Shown here: positions 32,578-57,643 of the stretch, piece after piece
Layout of the letters: each line of letters begins with the position of its first letter
Position numbering within the stretch: position 1 is the first letter of the stretch
NCBI RefSeq assembly: GCF_009914755.1
Contig: NC_060932.1
Direction: 5' to 3' (one strand)
DNA from: the human T2T-CHM13v2.0 reference genome, Homo sapiens
DNA length: 64,000 bases
The notes under the pieces: generated by a model
Databases searched by the model: none
What the model was told of the DNA's origin: nothing
What the model saw: the letters and a program-made list of their open reading frames with translations, nothing else
Translations under genes and position numbers: made by a program

Positions 32578-33323
32578 GTGGTCTCCATGGCAACTTGGAG
32601 CCAGCCAGGATGGGGTGGGGAGCGGTGGCACTCGTGGGAGGGAGAGGACCCCCGCCCACATCCTCCTTCCCCAGGACCTGAGCTCCCAGCATCTGCAGAC
32701 GACCCCCGCAGCATTTCCCTCGGACCCCCCTCGAAGCCCCCTGGACTGATTCCCACCCACGACTCACAGGCATTCCTCCCACAGCCCTTTCATTTCCTCC
32801 CCACCCCACTCCCCAAATACAGAGGTCTGCTTTGAAGCGGAGACCATTTCCAGGCCTTATTGAGACCAGACCCCAAGTCCCCCACCCCCATCCTGCTCCA
32901 GCGTTTCCTCTAACAGGGACCAGCTCTCCGCTTTGCCCCCACGGGGTTCCTCTAACCAGAACCAGCTTCCTAGCCTCGTAGAGACCAAAGGCCGCCCCCG
33001 CCTGCTGGGGTTCCTCCCAGCACCCCAGCTTGCTGGCTGCCCTCTTTGCCTTCTGGCCTCCAGCTGGGTGTGGGGGGGCGGAGCAAGGCGGGGGACAGAC
33101 GCAGCACCTTCTTAGCGATCTAGGCCTGGCAAGAGCTCTGGCCCCAAGGCCTCCTCTTCCCAGGGGCTGCCAAGTCCTGGCCCTGGCCCTGGCATATCAC
33201 CCCGCACTGTGGGGCCAGGCACCACTAGCCTGGCTCAAATATTCCCCAGGGAGACTGCTGTGTGCTGCCCGCCTGCCTGCTGGCTCTCCCCCAGCCCCAC
33301 ATCCCCTCTGGAAGAGAATGTAA

Positions 33324-33329
33324 AATAAA
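33324..33329 (+). terminator. SORBS3: SORBS3 poly(A) signal
   Basis: AATAAA ~750 nt after the stop, followed by GU/U-rich sequence. Confidence 0.85.
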
Positions 33330-33750
33330 CCTGGACACAAGGGACCTTGTCTCTGCGGCCTTTTCCTTGGGGTAGGGGATGCCTCCTCCTGTCTAGGAGA
33401 TGGGAATTCCTTCTGTGGAGGGCTGTGCTGGGAGACAGGTGGGACAGGTGTGTGTGTAAGAGGAGGAGGATGGAAAAACACCATTATTACCTCCAAAGAT
33501 CTCTGCCCTTGGGTGTCAGGCAGGTTGCGGCAGCCCCCACAATTGGGCAGCTGTGTGGCAAGAAGTGCTGGGAGAATGAACAGTGCCAGGCCCTGGTAGC
33601 AGGGAGACACCAGAGATGGGGGACTGAATGTGGCCTTGTTTGCAGACTGTTTTGATTCTGGAGCTGCCACCGTGGGGTTGCTGGGCTAGATGACATTTCT
33701 AACTATTCTGCTGTTTTCCTTCTGTGTGCTCTGTTTCCACACCGAAGCCC

Positions 33751-33751
<1 letters not shown>

Positions 33752-33784
<33 letters not shown>
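33752..33784. repeat. (TG)n microsatellite
   Basis: GT run. Confidence 0.95.
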
Positions 33785-33786
<2 letters not shown>

Positions 33787-33814
33787 ATTCTCCTCTTTGG
33801 GCTCAGGCTTTTGA

Positions 33815-34204
<390 letters not shown>

Positions 34205-36599
34205 TGAACAAGGTTTTATAGTCCTGGAGCTTGCAGGTCCCTGTGGGGTGGCAGTGGTGGCACAGTCCAGGCATGGCCACTCTGCCAAGAAAGGAAGCTC
34301 CGTTTCTCGGCTGCTGCTGAGAGGTGAGCAGGGCACCAGGGCCTCTCCGTGTGTTACCTAACATGAGCCTCACGATGGCAGGTCATGATTCCATTTTACA
34401 GGGGGAGAGACCCAGCCTCTGAGAAATTAAGTTGTCTAGCTCACATCATTATTAAATGCTGAAGTCAGGTCCACCTCACTTCCTGAAATCTACCAAATGC
34501 CCAGGCAGCCCTCGTCCAGGGCCCTCGTCCAGGCCCTTGGAGAAGGAAGGTCATGTGTGAGGTCAGGGACTTCTCTAGGGCGGCCCAGGTTGGGCCGCTT
34601 TTATGTTCTTCCTGGCAATCCTGTCTTCTAGGCCTGTCACCTGAGACAGGTGTGAAGAGGTGGTGGCTGGAGTGAAAGGTGGTGGTGCCCAGTTCTGTCA
34701 GGACAGAGGGGAGGGGCTCGTGGTTGACAGGGCAGTGGCCTAGCCCTGGCTGGTTTCTTGAACCTGGGTGCGGCCTGACCCAGCAGGGGTTCAACAGCAG
34801 CTGGAAGAACGAGTCCTCCATCCACCTCCATCCTCACCCTGGTTTGGTTCTAAATGGGCAGGTCCAGCCCATCCTGGCCTGGAAACAACCATTCCTCAGA
34901 ACCCACTGGCCTGGTTGCCATTCCCCCATCCCAGCTCTTTTTTCATGAACTCCCTGATTCCCTCATAAAACATATCAGGGCTGAGGCCTCCTCTCCCTGG
35001 GACAGAGACCAACTCCATGCCCTCTCTTTGATGGAGCGCTGGCACTTCCCGCAGCTAACAAACCCTCCAACCCTGGGCTGCCTGCACCACGGTCCTGCCT
35101 GAAAGATGCTTCTGTGCCTCGACTTGGCCTGATTGGGGAGGTGAAGGGAGGATCAGAGGCTGCTGGAGATGGCTCACCCATGAGAGAGGGGAGGGCAGTG
35201 ATGTGGCTTACCTAGGGCCACAGAGAGGCTATGAGCAGGACATGTCCCCTTCTGTGCCACAGAGGCGTGCCCTGCCTGGGTTCGCTGACTTGTCTTTGTG
35301 GTGGGTTTTGTGAATTCACAACCCACCCATCAGAAAGCCCTGCCAGATGAACCTGGGGCTATTTGTAGAGTCTGTCCAAGGCATGCAGGAGGGGCTCTCT
35401 GAGGAAATGATGGGCTTGTGTTTGATTCACTCTCCATTCCCAGAGGCAAGCACGGTGCCTGGCACTCAGTATTCACTGAATGAATGTTATTGGAATGATT
35501 GTGTGGAAGAATTGAATGGATGAACTTCCCTTCCTTTGGGTCCCTTCCCAGAAGTCCCCACCCCATTTGAGGCAGGGACTCTGTTTGACACCTCTGTGCC
35601 ATCCTTGGCTTTTGCTTGTGGCCAAGCAATTTTTACAACAAGACGGTAAGCAGCACATTATCCCCATTTTCCACATGGGGAAACTGAGGCCCGGAGGAGC
35701 CGAGGAGGTTGCTGAAGGTCACACAGCCGGTGAGACGCAGCTGTGCACTTGGGGCTAGGTCTGTGTGCCCCCGGGGCTGTGCTCACCCTGCCTGTAGTTG
35801 CCTCTCCCCTCAAGGGGCTTCCAGTCTAGTCAGGGAGGCAGAGCAGGTACGTCAGGCCAGGCGGTCATGCCGGGAGGCCGGAGACCAGCCCGTGGGAGAG
35901 GAGTTTACACACACCCAGGACGGTCTGTGGGAGGAGGGGGGCCAGAGTGTGAACGCAAGGAGGCTGAGACGCGGGCACAGACAGGTGAGGGGCGTGGGGA
36001 GGGCACTCTTCACAGAGTGAGCGTGGAGGGAATGAGTCACACCTGAGGCAGGCGAGGCACAGCTGCGCCCACAGGTGTGATCCCCTGAAAACACAGCAGC
36101 CTGGCAGCCAGAGGCCAAGTGGAGACCCAACGAGAGGCGGCTCTATGGCCTTGAGGTCCCCGGAGAGAGGGTTGCCAGGTACGGCTTCTCCTCCCCGAGC
36201 TGGCACCGGGGTCCCCTCCTTGGCTGCCCTCTCCTCATCCTTATAGCCTGGGCTTCAGGTGCTTGAAAGAGGACAAGGGAGGGGGCAGGAAGCGGGGTGA
36301 AGACCTGCAGAGAGGATGAGGTGAGGGCCCACGGGAACGGGAAGGTACCAGCCCAGGGGTGGGGGTGCCCAGTGAACCCCTAGCCAGGAGGCTCTCTCCA
36401 TCTCCTAGGGCCCCTGCGGGTCCCCCTTTGCGGGCATTCCAGGCAGAGAAGTTCTGCGCTGCCGAGAAGCCAGCGTTCAGGAAGGGAGTTGGCGGGCAGG
36501 AGGGTGGCCTTGGTTTGGGATTTGTGGGTGTCAAGGCCGCATCTGCGCCAGCCTCCCAGCCTGGAGTGGGTGGAGGAGCCAGGCGGACCGCAGACACAC

Positions 36600-37450
36600 C
36601 CAGGCAGCCCACCCTGCCCAGGACCTGGGGATGCGGGGCGGGAGAGCGCGGCCGGCGTGGGAGAGCTTTATGGGGCTGCCCCCTCGATCGTCTGCGAAGT
36701 GGGGCGCGGGGCAGTCCCTGGACCGGCTCTGCTGTGCTCCGGGCAGTCGGGGGCTTGCGGGCGCTCCGGGGAGGATGCGGGCACCACCGGCTGGACGGTC
36801 GCAGCCTGCAGGGGGCCCTGGGGACAGCCTGCCTCATCCCCCCGGCGGGCTCGGGCCAGGTGGCAGCGCCTGGGCTCGCCGCGCGGAGGCGGCGGCTTCT
36901 CGGGCTAGGGGCGGCGGCAGGGGCGGCCCCGGGATCACATGGGCGGAGGCAGGTCCGGGAGCCCCGGGCGGGCTCTCCCCAGAGTCGGGTAGACGGCAGC
37001 GGGAGCGGTGGCGTCTCCCCGCCTTCCCTCCCTCCCGGGCCTGGGCGCCCAGCCGGACAGGTGAGCGGCAGCCAGGTGAGCGCGCCCACCTGCGCCTCTC
37101 CGCGCGGCCCGCCCTCCCCGGCGCCGGGCTCCTCTCCGCGCCCCTGTCGGCGCGGAACCCTGGCCTCGTCCGCGGCCCAGCTCCCTGGAGCCTCGCATCA
37201 GCGGGGGCGCCCCCGCGAGCTGCGCTCTCCCCGGCCGGAGCGCTCCTCCTCCAGCCCCCAGCCCGCAGGGTACTTTGCCCTCGGAGCGAAGGAGGCTCCA
37301 GAACTGGTAGAGCCGGGCCATCGGGCTGGGCACCTCCCCGCGGCGCCCGCAGCGCGGAGTCCACTGACCGGCTCAAAGGTCTGGGAATCTCGGGGCGGCC
37401 GCGAGCCGGCCTCGGGGACTGGGGTGGGGGCGGTGCTGGGAACAGAGGCT
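36600..37450. promoter_or_regulatory. PDLIM2: CpG island / PDLIM2 promoter and first exon
   Basis: CpG-dense; donor AAAG|GTCTGG at 37378/37379. Confidence 0.85.
36631..37378 (+). CDS. PDLIM2: PDLIM2 long-isoform first coding exon (250 aa extension, 602 aa total)
   Basis: 748 nt open frame (phase 1) joins exon 38454 in frame with the MALTV start. Confidence 0.6.
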
Positions 37451-38455
37451 AGGCCTGGGCCCAAGGGGAAGGCAGCCGGGGATGGAGCGGACAGACCGCT
37501 GGTGCTCTTGATAGATTCTCGCAGCACTTGCGTCCCCAGGGCAGCCCCAGGATGGGTGCTGGGCAGGGTGGTGCCCAGCCTGGCACCGCGGCTTCCTGCC
37601 TGGATTGGCTCCTGGCTCCAGAGCTAGAGGCTCAGGAAATCCCACAGGGGTCTGTCTGCAAGGGCACTTCCTTGCCCAGCGGAGGGGCTGTGGATGGGAG
37701 GCCTGTCACCCCGGCTGTCTGTCGGGCAGCATCAGGAATCTGGGGGTGGGTGTGTCCAGCTTGACAGATGAACCCTGGCCTCCTTGCCCTGGCAGCCGGC
37801 CCCTGGGGGAGGTGGGGAGCCCGGTCTTGCCCGTGTGATCCACTTTGCCAAGAACGAGGTGGGCAGCTAGGAGGCCCATGTGAAGACTCGGCCTCACCCC
37901 ACCAGTCCTTCACCTGGCCAGTGACTTACACAGTCTGTACTGGTGCCAGCCTGTTCCTTGACCCGTCACTCCTGCTTCCTGAGCCCTGCTCTCCCTAGGC
38001 CACTCACCAGCCCTCCCCCAGAGTGGAGAGGAAGTACCGTGTGCTGTGGGTTTTGGGGACAGGAAGCAAGCGCTAGTGGGACTGAGCCCTGATGGTGGAG
38101 GAGGGGAGACTGAGGGGGTGCTGGCATCCCCTCCACTTGCCAGCCCCTGCCCCCCATGCTCCAGCAAGCCCCCTGCCTGGCAGCCTGGGCAGCCCCCTCC
38201 TGGGAGTCGCTCCCTGGGCTGAAGACTAAGGAAGGGAGAACCCAGAAGCATGGCTTCCCAGGGTGGGGGGAAGTGAAACCGGGCTGAGGGAGGGAGTTAG
38301 CCACTTCCTCTACCCACCCCAAAGCCCCTGAGTAGCTGCTCCGGGAGCTGTGGTGCCCTCTCCTTCTCCCTTTGGCTCCTCTCCTGCTGCCTTACAGTGC
38401 CCCCAGAGCCGGCTAGGGGCATGGACTTCACCTCCTGGTCCTCTCTTCCTCAGGT

Positions 38456-51770
<13,315 letters not shown>

Positions 51771-52152
51771 GCCCGCCATGCCCTCAGCCTGCCTCACTGC
51801 TGGGCCAGGGTCATGCCTATATAAGTTGGCATGGCAGGGACAATGGTGGGCAGTTGCTCTTACATGAGCTAAGTTTGGAGACCTGAGGCCCCTTTGTCCT
51901 CGCTGGGTGGGCCAAGGTCTGGGACCTGTCTTGGACTGTGGGAGACTCACCCTCACCTTGCCAGGCCTCTCCCCTGCAGGACTGGCATTGCACTAGTCTG
52001 AGGTGGCCACTGCCTTTGATCAACCTTTGTGTGCCAGGGTCTAAGTAGGGTCGAACACAGAAGTGGGAAGGAGAGGGGTGGGCCAGGGGCTAATGGTGTC
52101 ACTGTGTAAAGTTTTTGACATACTAGCTCTATAAATATATGAATATGGACAA

Positions 52153-52158
52153 AATAAA
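52153..52158 (+). terminator. PDLIM2: PDLIM2 poly(A) signal
   Basis: AATAAA ~380 nt after the stop, with U-rich downstream sequence. Confidence 0.85.
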
Positions 52159-53562
52159 GTAGATGTCCCTTCCTTCTTTTTCCTACCGCCAGCCCTGGGT
52201 ATGACCTGCTCCCACCACTGGGTGGAGGGTCTTTATTTATGCAACATACGTTTCTTCTTCTTTTCCCTCCCTCAAATCCCACCCCTGCCAGTTGCCTGCA
52301 CCTGACATTTCCCATGGAAGGGCCTTGCCTCTTTTAGGTTGGGAGTCATGTCATTCCTTAACCTTTTTGTAAAGATGCCCGTTTTACAGGAGGACGCTTG
52401 TGCTATGGAGGGAATGAGATTGTCACTGGAAGCTTTGGAGGGGATGGTGGAGGGCGCCAAGCGGAGGGACAGGAGGAAGACCAGGAGACCCATCCAGCCA
52501 AGCTGGTGAGACAACCTCTGATCCTGAGGACCGGCCGCCCACCAAGGGTTGGGCCCCCGGGGCCAGGTTGATCTACCGACACCTTCCACTTCTTTCCTGG
52601 GAGAGACTGCTGGCTTCATTGGTGATTGATTTGGAGGGGGGAAAAAGGGCAGGGTGGCTCAGGCTTTAGGCCCAGGTACTGGGGAGGCCTGAGGAGCCCT
52701 CCTTGAGCTCAGGAGGCCGAGGCTGCCTTAAGCTGTGATCATGCCACTGCATTCCAGCCTGGGAGAGAGAGAGGACCTGTCTGTTGAAAAAAACACAAAA
52801 ACAAATGAATGCATGTGGCCAGTGCCAGGTGAGCTGCCCTGGGGGTTCACTGGAGTTGAGGCAGGGGACAGTAGTCTCCCCTGCCAGCCTAGGATTTTGG
52901 GCGTCATTCACCCACTACCCCTAGTGCTAGTCCCAGAGGATGCTGCGGAGGGGGCAGCCTCAGCTCTCTTTTCAGAGAAGATCAAAGCTGGGCTTCCCAG
53001 GGTGCCTGGCTGGTCCCTGCCGGCAGCTTTGTGCTCTCCGGCTCTTTGTGGAAGGAATCTTGGCGCAGATGTTTGTGTTGCCTCCTCAGGCACCTGTAGA
53101 TATAATTTACACCATGATATCATTGTCTCACCTTTTGCCTGGGTGGCTGCCTGAGAAAGGTCTTTCTTTTTATAGAAAAGATCAAGGCTGTCTGGCGCGG
53201 GACTCCATGAGCCCCAGGCGCTGGTCAGAAACGGGGTAGTCTCTTTGGCGCCACCTAGTGTCCAGTTTGGCCCATGGCGGGGCCCATTCACGGGGCAACA
53301 CTGGGCTTCTGGGCACAGCGGGAATACAGAAAGATACAGCACTCCTCATGCCTTCCTGGAGGTAGAAGGCCAGTGGCAGCGACTGAGCTGGCATGAATGA
53401 ATAAGAGGATGTGGCACTGAGCGCCAAGGGCTACCTTGGAACGCACCGAGGAGCGTCCCGTGAGTTCAAAGCAGTGGCCGTGATGCAAAAGGAGGGCTGG
53501 GTCTTGGAGACGTGGAGAAGAGGAATGCTGAGTGATGGGGTGGCTGCTGGGGGGATGCTTAG

Positions 53563-53955
<393 letters not shown>

Positions 53956-56870
53956 TCTGGGAACACTTGGAAGGTTTTAAGCAGAGAAGTGACAGGTTGG
54001 AAAAGATGGTTTGGATTATTGATATGGACAGATTCCCACCTGTATGTAGCACGCCATGCTGGGCCAGCAGTGTCATAGGAGTGGAGGGGGATAAGTGGGG
54101 ACTGGGGACATGTGAAATGATGGGCATTCCAGTGAGGCATCGAATGCCTTCTGAGGGCTTTGTAGGTTCCAGCTCAAATCCCCCTCTGGCTCTTGTTCTT
54201 TGGTGTGGCAGCCATCTCTCCTCCCAGGGGTCCTGAGGGTTTCAGCACCAGGGTTCTCTGCAGCCACACAATCAGCCCGGCTCGGGAGCAAACTCCCCTG
54301 GAAGAACGGAGTTATGAGTTGGTCAGCAGAGGAGGCTGGGGACAGGCAGTTTTTGGTCTTTTACCTCTGATCTTGTCCCCAACCTAAGCCAGCTAGCTGC
54401 GTGCTCCCACTCCCTCTGCCGCACGCCGCCCGTCTATGTTCCCGGACTTTGTCCAGTGCAGTGCCCTCTTCCCTTCCTGCACTGAGGAGATTAACTGAAG
54501 TGACAGATTAGAGTTAGAAGTGGCCCAAAGGAGCATCTGGTACAACCCCCTTTGGTTAGAGAAGGGAAAGTGACTTTTCCAAAGCTGCACAGCTAGACAG
54601 TCATAATGGCTAAGCTCTGGGGGTGCTTTTGATGTGCTAGGGATACTTCCAATGCTTTAACTCACTTAATCCTCACAACCCGAGATAGGTACTGTTACCA
54701 TCCTCTCTGCAGACGAGGAAACCGAGGACCAGGAGGTTCAGTAAATGGTCCAAGTACTCCTAGCTAGTAAGGAATGGATCTACAGCCTGCCTCCCAGGTT
54801 TCTGGCTTGTGGGGGGCAGAGTTTGTCCCTCTGTCATCAGAGGCAGCCTTCCAGGCACAGCTCTGGTCACCTCTGGTCACAACTGGAGGTCACCACAGCC
54901 CTCCCCAGCGCTCTGTAGGCTCTCAGCTTTGTGCTTCCTCCCACGGGTACTAGCTCCAGCTGAGCTTGCAGGAAACCCACTTCCTGAAGCCAGGACTTCC
55001 CCATGGGAAGTGCAGGGGCCACTGGGCAGCCTGAGGGCTGACCCTGCTCAGGACACTGTCTGTCTCAGGAACTCATGGCAGTGGTTTACCTTGTCAGGAG
55101 TGCATGGACGGGCTGCCCCTCCCATTCCTTCAAGCATCACTCAGAGAGCCCTGGCCTGGCTCTAGGCTTGGGGCTGCGGCTGCCACAGGAAGGGGGCATC
55201 CCCCTACTTTGGGTGTTGGGTCAGATCCTGCCCCCGTGCCCGCCAGGGCTCAGGTTCCTCTGAGCTGGTCCTGGGCCAGGACGCATCTGCATGGCGGTGG
55301 TGGGGAGGAGGGGTGCGCCATGGCCTGGAGGGGAGTGTGTGTTGGGGTGTGTGTGTGGAGGTTCTTTTGAGTCACACACAAAGCATTGTGCTGAGACACT
55401 GCATTCCTGCTGGCTGGGCTTCCTGTTTCCAGATGCATTCCTGTCCCAGAGTCACCACAGAGACTGTTTGGAATCCCGCCCCACATTCTCCAAATTCAGG
55501 GCGCGATCTGGCAAAGGCTCCCTCCCCCACCCTCTTACTTTGGAGGGAGTCTGGGCTCCCTCCTACCCAGGGAGGGCTGGCAGGGCTCTGGCACGGCCGG
55601 GGTGTGATTCCACACATCTTCTTGGTCTTGCATAAGGCAGTTCCTGGAGACCCAGCACTCTGGTTCTCTCTCTGCCTGTGAGAAGCGGAATGGGTACTGT
55701 CTAGGAGGACTGGGCAGGGTGGGGGCAACCCAGAGGACCCATGGCTAGCAGGGAAGGGCCTGGGCTTGAATGTGACTCTGTTGAGACATGGCCAGCAATT
55801 CTGGCACTTGGCTGTCATTCGGCTGGCCTGCGCAGAGATTGGCTGTGGGCCTCAGTTTCCCCATTTTATAAAGTTTTAAAATCTGATAGTTTGTGGCTCT
55901 CTGATAAAGGCTCCTGCAGTGGGTGTTTGGGGACTGGTTCCAGAAAGGAGCAAAGGGAAGGGGATGCACAGACTGTCTTACCCCTCCCGGTAAACAGCCA
56001 CTTCCTTCCAGTGGCTCTGGCTCCAGCCTCTCCCCTCCCCTAGAGGTCCAGGTGCTAGTCTGCACGTCCTCCAGCTCCCTTATCTGCCTCCGGGGGATTT
56101 GGGTCCTGCTGGGATTTTTCCAGCCCTGCCCCCTCCCTCTGGAGGAGGTGCCTTCTTTAGAGGACACCAGCCCCAGTCTGGTCACCAGGCTCTCTCTCAT
56201 CTTCAGTAGCTTCTTGGGCTCCTTTTAGGTTGGGGACTGAGGGGTGGAATCCCACGGGCCAAAGGCAGGGTGAGGTGGGAACAGGGGGACATTTACACTT
56301 TGGCCCAGTCTCCAGGCGGCTCCCCGCTGGCTCGCATCTTTCCAGACCTTGAGACCTACCCAGTCCCCAGCTTTAGGGAGCCCGGGATGAGAAAGAGGCA
56401 GGGGACCGGGAGGGGGTTCAGATCTAGCTGAGGACACACGCGCGTTCTGCAGTTGTAAAAGATTTCCCGGTGGGCAGGATCGTTTCCCCTCCCATCGCCC
56501 AGGTTTCCGAGCGGCCAAGAGACTGGCCCCCAAGCCACACTGCTAGGGAGCGCCGGGTGCCCGCGTCCTGGTCAGCGCTCTTCCCACCGCCAGCACGTGG
56601 GGCTCCCATTTCCTTCCTGGCTCTTGTCCGGTCCTCCAGCCAGCCCCGGCTCTAAGTCCGCGGCAGGAAGACGGACGCTGCGTGTGAACCCGCGGGGCCG
56701 GGCGGACCGGCGCCCCGAGCCAGACGGCGTCCCCAGGCGGGGGCCGGGTCCTCGCAGAACAGCTGATCGGGACCCTTATTTTGGCCACAGCCACAGTTGG
56801 GGGCGCCACCCAGTCCGTGCCTTCGACCTCGTTCTTGGCGACCCGGCCACCTGCGCCCCCCACGTGGCAC

Positions 56871-57410
56871 CCTTGCCTTCCCTCCTCTCGCCCCTCCCCT
56901 CCCTCCTCTCGCCCCTCCCCTCTCCTCTCCTCTCCCCTCCCCTCCCTCTCCTCTCCCCTCCCCTCCCTCTCCTCTCCCCTTTCCCTCTCCCCTCTCCTCT
57001 CCTCCCCTCTCCCCTCTCCTCTCCTCCCCTCTCCCCTCTCCCCTCCCTCTCCTCTCCCCACCCTCTCCCCACCCTCTCCTCGCCCCTCCCCTCTCCCCTC
57101 TCCCCTCCCTCTCCCCTCCCCACCCTCTCCTCTCCCCTCCCCTCGCCCTCCTCTTCCTCGCCCCTCCCCTCCCTCTCCTCGCCCCTCCCCTCCCTCTCCT
57201 TTCCCCTCCCTCGCCTCGTTCCTCTCATCCCTCGTCTTGCCCCGCCCCTTTCTCCTCGCCCCCTTCTCCTCGCCCCTCCCCCTTCCCCTCGCCCCTCCCC
57301 TCCTCTCGCCGCTCCCCTCCCTTGCCTCGCCCCTCCCCTCCCTCGTCTCGCCCCTCCCCTCTCTCCTCGCCCCTCCCTTCCTCGTCTCGCTCTTCCTCTC
57401 TCCTCCCCCT
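56871..57410. repeat. Polypyrimidine/polypurine low-complexity tandem tract (CCCCT/CTCCT/CTCGCCCCT units)
   Basis: About 540 nt, almost only C/T on the + strand. Confidence 0.95.
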
Positions 57411-57603
57411 AGGCCACGCCCCCCACCGCCCCGCCCCCCGCCCCCCGAGCCCCGCTCCCCGCCCCCCCAGCCCCGCTGGGAGTGTCTGGGGGCCGCGCCC
57501 AGCTGGGTCGGGACGCGCTCCCTGAGCTGCCCGAGCTCCGCGGGGACTCGGGCCGGGATCCTCGGGCGGCTGCAGCGGCCGGGGCCGGGGCCGGGAGCGG
57601 GCC

Positions 57604-57643
57604 ATGATGGGCCGGCGGCGCGCCTTCGCCGTGGACGGCCGGG
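57604..57643 (+). CDS. C8orf58: C8orf58 exon 1 coding part
   Basis: GCCATGATGG...CGGG|GTGAGT. Confidence 0.88.

Noticed and set aside
55069-55873. Possible alternative PDLIM2 terminal exon (acceptor ~55068, TATAAA ~55868)
   Set aside because: Acceptor and frame could not be fixed from sequence alone.
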